A stretch of DNA of 63,216 nucleotides, filler included, from Choristocarpus tenellus KU-1152 (GCA_964200185.2; 15 parts of 15 records of this genome joined end to end with filler, not necessarily neighbours in it), one strand, 5' to 3'; shown: positions 26,720 through 39,999, numbered from the whole stretch's first letter. Notes: generated by a model from the letters alone, not told the origin. A program made the numbers and translations.

Positions 26720-28396
26720 AAGTGTCGCCCGGTCGCCCGGTTGCCTGCGGTTCTTTTTTCAGGAGGGCATCAGCTTACTGCACAGACTGGTGTCCCTACC
26801 TAGAGGAATTTTTCGGGGGAGTAGGACAATTTGGCATCGGGGTCCCAAATGGCATTGAACGTGCACTCCTAGATATCCGCCTAAGGAATGAGTGGGGAGA
26901 ATGAGTCATCAGTTTGGACGGAAGGAATGCTTCCAACAGCATACGTCGCTCAACTTTCGTCCGGGCCCTCCCAGAGACCCTACCAGGACTCCTACCTTAT
27001 GTCTCTAAGGTATATGGGAACACAAGGAATCTTCTTTTCCCCCTAGATGAGGGAGTGACGAAGATTCTACCATCGAGATCTGGGGCCCAACAGGGAGATC
27101 CACTGGGCCCCCTCTTATATTGCATGGCAACACACAAGGCCTTGCAACAGGTCCAATTAGTCTTTGGACCCCAAGAGGTTTCCTCTCGGAGCTATCTGGA
27201 TGACACGTCCATTTCTGTAAGGGGGATCAACCCTACCACCATAGCTGCTTTCGAGTAGTTAAAAGCTAATCTCCATGAGGTAGGCATGGACCTAAACATG
27301 GACAAGACCTTTGCCACACCTCCCCAGGGCCACCAACCCACGCCCTCGGAACTGGAGCTTCTCTCTACAGCGGGAATCAACCTAGCCCCGAACCCCAGTG
27401 GTTTTGTCACTCTAGGGACTCAGGTAGGAACGGATGATTTTATTCGAGCTCACATGGCGGAGGTGATCGAGAGCTCTGGGACGCGAGCTTTGGCCACACA
27501 CTTCAGTGAGATGGAGGACAAGCAGGTGGCCTGGCTTCTCAACTCCTGGTCCCTCTCCTCCCGGCTACGCTATCTTGTGAGGGTCATTCCTCCCCTCCTG
27601 GCATGCTCCACCGTGGAGCAAGCAGATAACACCTCCCTATAGACACTAGAGAGGATAATGGAGATAGCCGACTCGACAGAGGCGACGGATTTCTTCGAGG
27701 GAGGGTGCAACAATGGGTCTCTCCGCCTAGAGACTCACCAACAAGTACAGGCACAGATGCCTACAAGTGCGGGGGGTCTGGGCCTCTCCTCTATGAAACA
27801 CTGCCAACATGCGGCTTCCGTAGGATCACCGGTGGCTACTCTCCCCACCCTCCTAGCAAGGCAGCAAGGGCCTCATGGTGAGTCCTTCTCACAAGCTATC
27901 TGTACGAGCCCTACGATACAGGCCTTAGGATTGTCCATTCACACCCTCCTTTTTGCAGGTGTCCCCTCAGAAGACCTTGCGGAAATCATTGGCCAAGACT
28001 GGGTAACCTGGGGGGGAACAACACCCCCTGCACCTGCCCCAGAGGTACATATCCTAGCAGTCCATGACGCCGGGATCACAAGGAGGGCTCAACACGAGAT
28101 CACACGCCTCCTCAACAGGATCCGTTTTGACTCCTTCAGGACACAACTGACCGGCCTTCCAAATGAGGCACACCAAGGGAGGGAAAGCTCCTCATTAGCC
28201 CTAGCGCGCCACCGGAGCCAGTGTGGACAAGGGGGCAAACGCGTGGGCCACGACTCAACCTCTGGAACCAGCATGCAAGATCCCCCCTCTAGAATTCAAG
28301 CTCACAGTCAGCAGATCCCTAGGGAGGGAGGAGGCCCTATCAAACAGGTGCCCAGTGGCAGGGTGCAGGAGGCAAAATGTCGATACCAGACATGCC
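26720..28396 (+). mobile_element. CRE-like non-LTR retrotransposon RT region (pseudogenised)
   Basis: RPVACG, QFGIGVPNGIE, DGRNASNSIRR, GAQQGDPLGPLL, YLDD, LGTQVG, GGLGL, then a C-terminal CPVAGC..H. In-frame stops and a frameshift. Confidence 0.92.
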
Positions 28397-28496
28397 NNNN
28401 NNNNNNNNNNNNNNNNNNNNNNNNNNNNNNNNNNNNNNNNTTAATTAATTAANNNNNNNNNNNNNNNNNNNNNNNNNNNNNNNNNNNNNNNNNNNN

Positions 28497-31010
28497 CTTT
28501 GTGATGTAGAACGGTCTCCACTTCACGAATGTCGATAGACAGGGTATTGGTCCTGACATCCCCTCCAGTTCGGATCTCTCCCTGAAGCTGGCATAGACAT
28601 CCTCATCTTTCCCAGTCTGTATCCTGTTGCCACGTTGGTTGCACCATGTACGTATCGTGTTTTGTTGAAGTTTCGTTGGTCGATGATAAACATGTAATAA
28701 CGATTCATCCATAGTGTGAATGGGGGAAACGCGCAACGCTTGTAACCATGCGAGTTGCTCATGTGGAGTACCTCTGAGCGTGCTGTTGACATAGTGCATC
28801 CGTGCAGCAAACTCTCTTGTCCGTATGTGGGTCCATGTAGTGCATGCCCTGAGTGGAATCATGAGACGTGATCGGATCGTGGGAAATGGCAATGCTATTA
28901 CTCTCCCATACGGTGATGCCAAGAACATGTGTATCAGGATGCTGCACACTGAACTGTCGCGAGGAGCTGTCCCTTCCCACGTCGAATACCCTTGGTCTGC
29001 TATTTTGTCTGGGGTAACAATGGAACATGTAAGGCAGGTGTCAGTTGAGCACCAAAATATAAAGGATCATCTGAGCATCTGCTAATGAGTAAATTGTTCT
29101 TGGACATATAGGGGACGTGTTCACCCGGGGGCAAAGTTGTGGGTGTCACACCGTTGATGGTTGGTGAGTATGAACTTCCATACCTCTGGGCGGTGCCTTG
29201 TGGAGAGCACGGAACGGCGTGAGTGTCGGATGCGGGAGATGATCCTCCAGCGTCCTTGGCAGGTGCTGCGGAGGGACTCATCTGTTGCCGCATGTCTCGT
29301 ATGAATTCCGTGCGTTTCTTCGCGAATGACCTTAGTGTTTCGAGCTGATGTCGTATTTCTTGCTGTGACGGACAGAAGAGGTTGAAGCGTCGATGTCACC
29401 CCGTCATCCAGTATTTCAACATCAGGAGCGATGCTGACGAGGATGGAGTTGTATACCTGGCGGGTGTGCTCGGTGCTAAGATCTTTCTCTACACATGCTA
29501 GGAATGTCTTGACCTGGAGATCGGGTGTGGACTCACGTTGTTTCCGGGCCACCACAACTCAAAGCACGCTCGCCAATGGTGCAAATCTGCTTTCTCATCC
29601 AATAACCAAGAGGCAAGGTCGTTCCAAGTGTGACCACTTCCTTGCATCTCTCCTAGACCATCGTGGTTGACAAACATGGAGAGGAAGAGGTCCATGATCT
29701 GGTCTGTTTTGGATTTCTTCCACGAACGAGCGGCCTTGGTCTTGGGCAGCTTCTTTGAGTCCCTATTTCCTGAGTGGGACTTAAGTGAGGTTACGATATG
29801 AGTTGGTGGGTTTGTTTCCCTTGACACTCGATTTCGATGTTGATGATGTGAACGTCGGACGAGGTGGCATGCACAATATTTGTACATAAAGTGTTCCACG
29901 GAGTAGGGTCGTGTTGGGTGATACCCAACGTTCAACACGTCGACAAGGGGGTGTTGGATATATCGATAACCGAAACCACCCCGGTTAGAATATCCTGAAC
30001 AGGTGTGCATCGCATATGCGAGCACTCGCAAGCTACATCAAAAATGTTACGGATATATCCCATGAAGCATGTAGGATGAAGTGTGGATTGAGGTAGTTTG
30101 TCGTACAGCAGATTATATGCTTTGATTTGATTTTTTGGAAAACGGTTAACAAATGTTTGGTAGGTGTCACCCCCGATAATATTCGCGTATGTATGTACTA
30201 CAATTGACGTGTTCTGTCGTACGGTAAACTGTTGTGTAGGATGGGATTTTGGTGGAAGGAATACCAAACGTTTCATGTGGCGTAGGTCTACATATCTCCC
30301 CAGATGCACGTACCATTGTTTGTGCCTCCTTCTCTATAGGGGATATAAGATTGCGCTTGGGTCGTTGGAAAATCAAGGACTATGGATTAGAGGAGTGTGC
30401 CTTCAAATAAGTCGTTCTGTGAACTGCCACAACTATTGCCTTATACTTTGTCGTACGTCTAAGTATGATAAACATTACATGAGGCGAGTGGATGAAGGAA
30501 GAGCGAAACATGTGTTGGCATAGTTTCGGGATTGTAGGCTCAGGGATGGTATTGGGGGGTTGAGGCACAGGGTTAGGGTTGGGACAGGTGTTAGGGTTGG
30601 AATTGGAGACAGAAACAGAAAGGAATATTGTTTTTTTCCGATACATATTGGAGTCGACGTATCGGAGGACACAATCTTCGTCGTTAGGTTTCATCCTGCT
30701 CTTGAGGGGAGGGCATGTGCTTCACCAATTCCGAGCTATGGTGTAACTGGTGAACATCGCGTGTCCCCGATTTCGATGCAAATGTGTGATTTCGGAAGGA
30801 TATGGTGGCCATGTGCTTCGCTATGTCTAGTCTTCAAGCGCTAATCCCTTGTTGTGGCAATTACAGAACGCACTGGCTACATTGGAGTATGTCTAGCTGC
30901 GATGGAGGTCTGGCCTTACCCTTGTAATGTCCTGGGGTCTACCCCTCCGGAGTCCACAAGTTCATTGCCGTTGTTAGCCAGATCCCCTAGTGGCTGAAGG
31001 GTGGCCATTC
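28497..31010 (-). mobile_element. Degenerate, probably spliced ORF region ending in a Sola2-transposase-like motif
   Basis: YASFRERSE....IPCLSTFVKWRPFYITK at the contig end resembles the S.F..LRPF.V motif I recall preceding the CxC..H motif of Sola2 transposases. Putative first exon MATLQPLG... followed by GTAAGG. Catalytic part lost in the gap. Confidence 0.45.
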
Positions 31011-31210
31011 TACATATCTGTGGTGCGATGGGTATGATCCTCACGAAGAACTGCGACAACGAATCCTCTATATTGTTCAGACCCGTTGTTTTGTTGTTGA
31101 TTGAGTGAACGAGTGTGGAGTTAGTCTCAAAGGTGGTTTGGCGAAAGATTTTTTGTTATGCACTATAATATAATTCTTCAAATATGCAAATATATAAAAA
31201 AGATGCAAAT

Positions 31211-31464
31211 GGGTCAAAGTATCTGGGGGGGGGGGGGGGGGGGGGGTGGGGGGGGGGGAGGGAGGAGNNNNNNNNNNNNNNNNNNNNNNNNNNNNNNNNN
31301 NNNNNNNNNNNTTAATTAATTAANNNNNNNNNNNNNNNNNNNNNNNNNNNNNNNNNNNNNNNNNNNNCCAAACTGGGCCACCAAATCACGACAAAAAAGT
31401 GAAAATCGAAAAAAGGGTGAAAAACAGACGCCGGCATCCCCCCCCCCCCCAGATACTTTGACCC
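31211..31464. mobile_element. MITE termini with G/C tracts on either side of a gap
   Basis: GGGTCAAAGTATCTG(G)n at 31211 and (C)nAGATACTTTGACCC ending at 31464. Similar stubs at ~7278, 15021, 22114, 47071, 50646, 63201. Confidence 0.8.
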
Positions 31465-32134
31465 ATATTTTTTTATAGTTGAGGGAACGTTTTTGTTGTT
31501 GAAATCTTGCAAAGTCCTGTCGTATTACCGTATGTGATGGATAGATACTACGGTACTCATCCTGAACTGTTGTGTTGTTTTGTTTTTCGAATCTTCAATT
31601 TGTTAAGGGAACCTTTGTTCAACAGGTTGTGAACTTTTCTAAAATTATTGTATTAGATTTAATGTGTGAGTTATTTTCGTCAAGGGTGCTCAGGACTCTT
31701 GAACTTGTGTTTGTTGCGCTGTGTTGCTGTGTTGTCCTGTTCTGTCTTCCCTTTTGGCCTCTTTTTCCCATGTTAGCTATTGCTATAAATATAGATAAGT
31801 GTAGTATATATAGTCGTCAGAAAAATCCTTACATTTGCTTTCCTTGTTCATTTCCATTGTTGACTACATGCATTGGATAGTATCAATAACACTAATAGTG
31901 CATGCAATTTTCGGGCGACTTTGAATTATTAGCTCATCACTCAGTGAAAGCAATCCTGCTTTCAACCTTCTAGTGGTACTTGAAAGCAGCAAATTGTGCG
32001 CATTGATTGATTGTTCTGCATTTCTATTTGAAACTGTAAAAAAAGGTTATGGTTGAAGATATGGTGATGGACTCCACGCATCAATCCTATTAATAAAACT
32101 ATTCCTAACCTGGTTGCTGTTTTTGCTTCTATTT

Positions 32135-34918
32135 CTAAATCTCATCCATGACACTATTGATCATTTTTATTATTGAAGACATCCCTGGCTGAGTTTTCTG
32201 CTCTGTAGGGCTAGTATCCACAGCTCTCCTTTCTAGTGCCATTGCGTCAGTGCTCTCGCCCATAAAATTCAGCACGGTTTCAATCTGGTCCAGGCTGTCC
32301 ACCATGGTGTGCTGTTGATTTCCTCTAGGACCTCCTGAGTCTCGAAGCCGCAGCAGCTGATATGGGCGGCGAGGGAGTTGGCGAGCCTGTTGTGCTGCAG
32401 TGGGTCGGCCAATACCCAAACTTGCGTCTTCCCGTGGCCACACCTGACCATCTATTTCATAAATGTCTTTACCAGACATTACAGGATGCTTGAGAGTATA
32501 ACGCAAGGCAGCCAAGGCCATTCGGAGTTTTGCTGGATTCCTCTTGTTGTCAGCTGTCGCCTCGATTGAGGGCCCTAGCAACATGCTTGTGGAAATATTT
32601 CCTCCATCAAGGGGATGTCCCTCAAAACCTGACACTTCTGCAGCTGCTTCTATTGCTGCAGCAGTGACTTCCATTGTGTTGTTGCACTGATGGTCCCCTG
32701 AGATTTGTGTACCTGTATCAATGCTGGTTAAGAAGGTGGCATCTTCTTGACCTCGTGCGTCGCACTTTTGGTCAAGTGAACCGTTTGTAGGCCTCACTGT
32801 CTTGGTCACCTTCTCGTGGGCAGTAGAAGTAGGGTTGGACCTTGATGCTCCACCATTACCTTCAAAGCTGAAGATGGTCTCGTTCCCTGCAGCCCGAAAA
32901 GCAGAGGCTGAGGGCAAGGGCTTCTCCTGGACCATTGTTATACCTGTATCGCTGTATGGTCTGCGCCTGCTGAAACGTTTCCTCTTGATGTCTTTGCAAG
33001 GGGTCTCAGTGATCACCTCCAGAGGTTTTGTTGCCCAGAATCCGCGAGTCCTGTGGGAAAGCGAGCACGAAGGGCAAGGAGGGGTTACTACTGTGGTCTG
33101 AACAAGTCCCACCATTTTAGATAAATACACTACAATAGCTGGGAACTATGACATATATGTGCAGGTGTGCCAAATGCTTTGAAGTAGGAGGTTTGTATGT
33201 GAGGAGAGGTGGCATGAATTTGATGGAAGGGGACTAACCAGAACAGTGAAATAGTATCTCATTAGTTTTTCACATGAACGAGGACTTGGAGAACAGCTAC
33301 ACCCTCTTGTATATTCAAACTCTACTGCATTAAATCTCAACAAGAATTTTTAAGTTGCCTTTAAGCACCTGTCTGCCTCTTTAATTAAGGCTTCTACACA
33401 TAATCCGAGTGGGTCCTCTCCAGTTGGTCCAGCCAACGGATTCCCATACAAAATGACCTTCTCCAATTTATCAAGCAGTACCAAAGACATGATGTCCTCC
33501 TCCTGCGTGATGTAGTTAGATGCCAAGTCCAGGCATCTCAGTGAAGAGAAGGCCTGGCTAGCAGATGCTGCATCGATGTTGATTTTCGAAACATAATTGT
33601 ATGCAAGGTTGAGGTCCTGTAGCTCTGGCAAGGAAGACAGCACATGTAGCACATTGCCTTCACTCCCTAGTTGGTTTCGTTCTAGTGACAATCTATAGAG
33701 ATGGAGACGGCTCATATTCAGAGGTAGGTTGGTAAGGCCATTGCAGGTTAGATCAAGATCACGTAAACTTGGCAAGATTCCCAGTGACGCGAGTGATTCT
33801 GACGTGAGGCTGTTATAGGACAGATCAAGGCGCTGTAGAGCTCGATATCCCCTGACAGCTGCTGGGACGATATTGCTCAAGTTGTTGCATTGCAGCCGGA
33901 GTTCCTCAAGAATTGGTAGAGAGGAGAAGCACCCAAAATCCAAGCTATTATCGCCAGCATCTAGAGTTTCTAGGTTAACGAAGTACTTGAGATCTTCATC
34001 AACCACCCCCACCAATCCACAACTGCTGATATCCACCTTTCGAGCTTCATCTGGCATCTCACATGCACTGGCGTCCATCAGCATAAAACCGTTCAAGAGT
34101 TTGCGTTGTTTTTTCCTCATCACCTTGCCCAGAACCCTTTGCTTCGACCTCACGCGTTCGTCTGTGCCACCTTCTATGTCTATATTTACACCATAAGTAA
34201 GCCCTAGATCAGTCGTAGGGATCACCCCTCCTCCTGCTGCTGCGCAACGCGCACCTAAACGATTGCCCTTGACCACAGTACTAGTGGGAATAATCCCTGT
34301 GCGGGGCACGTGCAGATCATCCGGAGATATCAGCACAGATCTGAGCCACTTAAACTTTGCCCCTGATCCTAACGTTGCCTGAGTAATTCGTCTGGATGCG
34401 GAAAAGCAAGGAATTCACTAGTCAAGAGCAATTTGGGTTAGATGCAATTGGATATCAGGAGAGTCCCGACAAAGTTAAACTTCTAAAGTTCCTCTACTTT
34501 GGTATCCACAGGGGCAATGCTTTGTCAATGTCAGGATTGCATGCCTCGATTGTTTTTTCAGGTGAGAACCGTACAACAATTGGTTTGCTGTGATGTCGCA
34601 CTTACTCGTAAAACGTTATGTATATAGTCACCTGTACTGTTCTTGCTGACTAGTGTTTGTTGATTTCCATTTCTTGGTTCTGGCCGGACTGCCTTGGTCA
34701 TCTAGCACGTGCCTTCCCCCATCGTCGAGAATGAAGTATGTGGGGTCTCCAGCATCGAAATTCTTACTCACAGGAGTGAAGGTATCATCAGCACCGTATT
34801 TTGGTGGGGCGAAATGTACGTCGCTAAGAAATGACGCTTGAGATCCCTGAAACGAGGATACCAAGTCCTTGCAAGAAAGACTGCCGTCTCCGCCCTCCCC
34901 TCCACCATCAGCTCGCAT
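32135..34918 (-). CDS. XRRA1: XRRA1-like leucine-rich-repeat protein, 3 exons (34918-34632, 34391-33369, 33050-32135), ~741 aa
   Basis: Canonical GT/AG sites with consistent phase-2 junctions (2226 nt). LRRs LQRLDLSYNSL...LGILPSLRDLDLTCNGLTNLP closely resemble XRRA1 LEFLDLSFNSL...LGILPHLRVLLLTGNGLTSLP. Confidence 0.8.
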
Positions 34919-36779
34919 TGTTCTCCTCCCAGTATTGTACTACGTGGTACCAACTCTCGACAATACCTGCTATACACAATGAGTGAGTGCTCCTCTGACC
35001 TCATAACAACGGGCACTAGTCAAACGTTTCGTCTCTCTTCCCCCGAAGACCATCCTATAGACTATCCAGTATGATCGATTGTTGCGAAAGCCCTGAACTG
35101 TTAACGAGATCACACAAATATTGGACGGTATTGTTGCAACAAAATACTATAACCGTAAACAGTTTCCCAGTAGTACCCCCAAATTGGAATTTTATCCTTT
35201 TTTGATGAAGGGGACACCAAGTCTTTATGTACTTGTCATGCTGGGACCCGATCTCAATGACAAACAACCTTTTTTGTACCCAAAATCTAACCCTAACCCT
35301 AACCCTCCCACAATTTCCCTACCCCTTATCCTAACCCTAACTCTATATCTTATGATGCCTTCCTAGTCCATTTCGATCCATAGAAAAGGTTACGGTGAAA
35401 GGTTTAATGAACTTTGTTGATGAAGAACGTAATAGATTCCCCGACCGTTTTCTATGTTCTTCTGAGGATCTTCGGACGACTTGCCGGAAACTTCAAATGG
35501 AAGTAGTCCTAGGTGTCCACATATGACCGTTTCTCATCGGATTTGAGCTTTTTGGGTGACCCTTCCCGAGTGGAGGTTGGTGGGGGATTACGATTTTTTT
35601 CCCTGTAGGACTTCAAACTCTGCCTGCCCACCCTACGCCAATTTCTGCAAACATTCTGCCCGAGAGTAGATCAGTGAGCCCTAGTTCCATCACTAGTAGT
35701 GACATTAAATTTTCCGTGCCCAGAGTAGGAGGACCGTGACACTACACTATGACCTGTCCCCAAACTCAACACACCCTACCCTGAACCATCTGCTAGGGCT
35801 GCTGTGTCAACCAAGGCATCACAATATTGGAGCGGAATGGGCAGAGATCGAATGGCTTGAAGGATTTGAGGGTTGTGTGGTTAAGTTGAACACATACTGG
35901 GCTAAGTGGTCGGCTAGTTTGGGTCTGCCTTCCTCATCTACTTGGACAATATATGGGCAAAATTGCACACAGCCAACCACACTCTACTACCAAACACACG
36001 GGCCTGTACCCATTCAGACATACTAGGGTGAATTGTCCCATTGAAATAACAATCTGAAGAGAATTGGGACACAAACTACCTGAGGTTTTCTAGTAGTACC
36101 AACTCATTCCACAGGGGAAAGTGTAAAATTGTATAGACGTATGTCATCCAAAGTCTGTTCATACGCCTGGCATTCGCTTGCAGGAACAAGCACCTTCGTT
36201 ACCATGTTCAGAGAAGAAATTCTGGGACGGTATTTTGGAGAATATCGAATTCAGGTTAGTGACTGGCACACATTGTTTACCGTCCTTTGTTCGATTAGAC
36301 TCTTCCAACTCTATCGGACAGTTACGGTAAATTATTTATGGAGNNNNNNNNNNNNNNNNNNNNNNNNNNNNNNNNNNNNNNNNNNNNTTAATTAATTAAN
36401 NNNNNNNNNNNNNNNNNNNNNNNNNNNNNNNNNNNNNNNNNNNCTTTACAACACCATGATTCCTCTTCCTTCGTAGTCTATGTATCATATACAATGCATT
36501 CGATTCAGGTTTCAACAGTCTGAATCTGCCTACCTCTGGAGTACTTTCTTATTGCAACTGCTTACCTCCCAATCAAATGTCGACACTCTTAGTGACAATC
36601 AATGTTTTTGTGAAGGATGATGATGGCAGGTTGGAGACACAGGAAATGGACCGCTATGGAATAAGTGGGTCGCCAACAAGTCGGTACATACACATCCTGT
36701 ACCACTTTTTAGTCCTCGGCATCCTACACGTTTCCTCCAAACGGTACTTGTGCAATATAGACTAGTAGTCTATATTTTA

Positions 36780-36840
36780 TTATTATGCCCTCTGACATTT
36801 TGCAGATGTGTCAGGGGAAAACCAATGAAAACTATATACA
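36780..36840 (-). mobile_element. Very short 5'-truncated CRE-like insertion (3' end only)
   Basis: ATTGGTTTTCCCCTGACACATCTGCAAAATGTCAGAGGGCATAATAATA matches the 3' end at 6055-6110 and 51615-51670. Confidence 0.75.
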
Positions 36841-37189
36841 TATGTGTATATAAAGTAGTCTATATCGTTTATAGTGTAATAGTGAATGAAGTAATGTAAC
36901 TTGAACTTACAAGCGACTGACGTAGTGTAACTTGAACTTATAAGTGACTGAAGTAGTGTGACTGTCACAAACATGTTTAAACATATTTCTGACGTGTTTG
37001 ATGACGTATACATTAGATAACAAGGAAGAGCACACACCCCCACCTAGAGGATAGTGCTCACTCCGCTAATAAACAAATCCATACCACATACAGCAAAATA
37101 CTCTATCAGAGTAGCTCTCTTTTGCATAGGTTAAGGGGAATCCTGTGAGTTTCCCCTTCGCCAGGGAAATCTAACCTATAGGTTATGCT

Positions 37190-39430
37190 CATTGGTATGT
37201 AAGCGGACCCCTGTATGCTGCCACTATGGAGTGGAGCGCGGGGGCATACAAGGGAGAAGTGGGCAGAATGGCGGATGGCGCTGGTGAGCTATGCGGGCGG
37301 CAAGAGACTGTACTGCATCCTACACCAACATACCGCAATCCTGCACCTCCCACAGCTGATACATCATTCGAGGAACGCTGCGCGTAAGATGAATACGTCA
37401 GGCATCGCGAAGCCTTGTGGTTCCTGCTGGGACAGGCCACGAGGGGTGCTGCAGCTATGGTGGTCAGCTTGTATGGTCAACACGTGTGAGAGGAGGCAGC
37501 CCCGAGAGTAGGGCAGCCTGTCTCAAATTAGAGCAGATCTATGGGGGGCGTACTACTGTTCAGCGGCCCATGCAGCTCATAGCTCCAGAGATGAAATTGT
37601 GCGACACGTACTGCTCGTCAGTGGAGGACACTGCAGATTTCGTCATTCGTCTCGATCATATCTGGACAAGAGTACGAGCAGCTGGAGGCAGCCAAGATCA
37701 TGCCAAGAAATGAGCTCTGATCATAGGCATCAGGGACAGCATGCTGTAGGTACTTGCAGATGTGTCCGTGTGGAGGATGAGAGTTCCCCATGCAGCTTGA
37801 CAAGAAAGAAAGGAGCTCTGATCATCAGGGACAGCATGCCGCAGGTATTTGCTCAGATATGTCCGTGTGAGGACAAGATATCCCCATGCAGCTCGACAAA
37901 GGACGCACGGAGGACGAGAGATCCCCGTGCAGCTCACCAGAATACGCGTGAAGGGTTACATCCCGGTGCAGCTCAACAGAGGACGTGCGGAGGACGAGAT
38001 CCCCGTGCAGTTCATTACAAAACCTGCTATAAGCTACAGGAAGCTGAAACGGGCAATAGTATCATCATTGTCGTCCCAACAAAGTGGACCTGCACCTTCG
38101 ACACAAATGGGAAGTTGGAGGCTAAGCAGATATGGGATATGGTACAATCAGTAACTAAGCCTCCACCAGAAGGAAAGTAGAAGTTAACCTCGGGGAGCCT
38201 GGGAGCATTCTAGCCCCTGGGACGATAAACTCGTGGAAGAGGAAACAGAAGGTCAGCGGAGGAGGCGGACAAGGTACAACTGTCAACGTATATACCATAT
38301 CGCAACAGGGTCCCCTACCAGAGACGAGATCAGGACCAACAGAAGATGTTTAAACTGTGGACTGATCAAGCATATTGGTCCTTGGTTCTTTCGAAGGAAT
38401 ATGCTACAACTGTGGAGGTAAAGGAGACCTTCAGATCATTTGTCGCCAGAGGAGAGCGACACCGTCTAAACAGGCGGAGGAATGAACTAGACCAGGTACC
38501 CAGAGCACATCCTGGAGCAACAATGGATGAAAGGAATATTCATAGAGGGAGAGGTTTTGACATGGGGAAGAAATACTGTCAAGACTAAATCTTAATTTAA
38601 GACAAAGTCAACAGCTGAGGGGGCCACTGAATAGTTCAAGGCCAGGTTGGTTGCACAGGACTTCACTCAACAAGAGGATGTACAAGCCATCCAATTATGA
38701 TAGGCTTCAAGCCTGGGGAGTGAGTGCTACGGCAACAAAAGAAACAATGGACAATTGGGGCCTGGTCAGGTATGGAGATTCAGGCTGGGGGCAATGACAC
38801 TACATCAAGGCGGAAATCTGCCAGGCTGGAGCAGCGCCGGTGGATGGCCCGCACATGTCAAATGTGTGCCCAGGAAGAGGATAAGGAAATGGAAATGAAC
38901 CACTTCTTATCAACCCTTACGCAGCAGAACAACAAAGAAGTGTACTGCCTTATGGGTCTCATGGGGGAAGTAACAGCAAGTCCAGGCGAGCCATCCACAA
39001 CCAAGGAGGCCTTGAATGGGCCAGATGCAGATCAATGGCAGGAAGTCATGGAAAAGGAAATGGCAGGACTTTGGCAGAAGGGGACGTTTAGTGACAAAGC
39101 CCTACCTCAAGGAAGGAAGGCAATCAAGACACGATTTGTTTTCAAAATCAAGCACTCTGCAGACGGGACAGTGGAACGATATAAGGCAAGACTCGTGGCA
39201 CGTGGGTTTACCCAAAATGCAGGAGTAGGTTTCTTTGAAACCTTCAGCCCGGTAGTGGGATACGACACACTATGATGTGTCATATCAGTTGCAGCGTACA
39301 AAGGATGGAGCATAGACGCCCTGGATTTCACACAGGCCTACCTCAACGCAGATCTGCAGGAGGACATCTGGTTGGAGCTTCCTGATGGCCGCACTTTCAA
39401 GGCAGAAAAGGCAATCTATGGGCTGAAGCA
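37190..39430 (+). mobile_element. Degenerate Ty1/Copia element (gag and RT), cut by MITE A
   Basis: Gag KWAEWRMALVSYA; RT EPSTTKEAL...WQEVMEKEM...FVFKIK...VERYKARLVARGFTQ...ETFSPVV, LDFTQAYLNADL, KAIYGLKQ. Confidence 0.92.
37710..38020 (+). repeat. Degenerate ~36-40-bp tandem repeats inside the Copia element
   Basis: Recurring GAGGACGAGA(T)CCCCGTGCAGCTC, plus a duplicated GAGCTCTGATCAT..CAGGGACAGCATGC block. Confidence 0.75.
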
Positions 39431-39529
39431 GAGTGAAAGTATCTTAGAGGGTACGACTTTTGCCCTGTTTGTCCATTTGGGGCTTGGCTTCCCATAGGGG
39501 GTTTAATGACATTTTTCTACTCCAAAGTG
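39431..39529. mobile_element. MITE family A, partial, inserted in Copia RT
   Basis: Starts GAGTGAAAGTATCTTAGAGGGTAC directly after YGLKQ. Confidence 0.9.
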
Positions 39530-39667
39530 NNNNNNNNNNNNNNNNNNNNNNNNNNNNNNNNNNNNNNNNNNNNTTAATTAATTAANNNNNNNNNNNNNNN
39601 NNNNNNNNNNNNNNNNNNNNNNNNNNNNNGGAGATAATTTAAGCAAAGGTGGCTGGAATGATACATT

Positions 39668-39840
39668 GGCTCAAAGTATGGGGGGGGGGGTCTCCATCAG
39701 GGTGTCCATTCGGGCCCTGATCAGGAGAACTGCACTTACGTTATCCATCCGACGCGTGCAACCAAATTCACCCAAAAATCGCGACATAGAAAAATGGACC
39801 CCAAATGGACAGCTGCCCCCCCCCTCCACATACTTGGCTT
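39668..39840. mobile_element. MITE family B, degenerate, opposite orientation to 9957
   Basis: GGCTCAAAGTATGGGG... and internal CCATCCGACG..GCAACCAAAT. Confidence 0.85.
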
Positions 39841-39999
39841 TTGGAGTGCAAGATCTTCACTCTGTTCCTGGCAGTAATAACGGACGTTAGGACCATTAGG
39901 GCCCACGTACATGCACATTGTCGGTGGAACATTTATGACAGCTGTGGGATCTGCTCATCCATCCAATGATGCTACCAAATGAGACCTTTCGCGCACGCT

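Noticed and set aside
28497-31210. Endogenous giant-virus insert
   Set aside because: No recognisable viral core motif; a transposase-like motif and splice signals fit better.
35287-35342. (CCCTAA)n upstream of the XRRA1-like ATG as a test of the intron polarity rule
   Set aside because: No exon structure can be assigned here, so it neither supports nor contradicts the rule.
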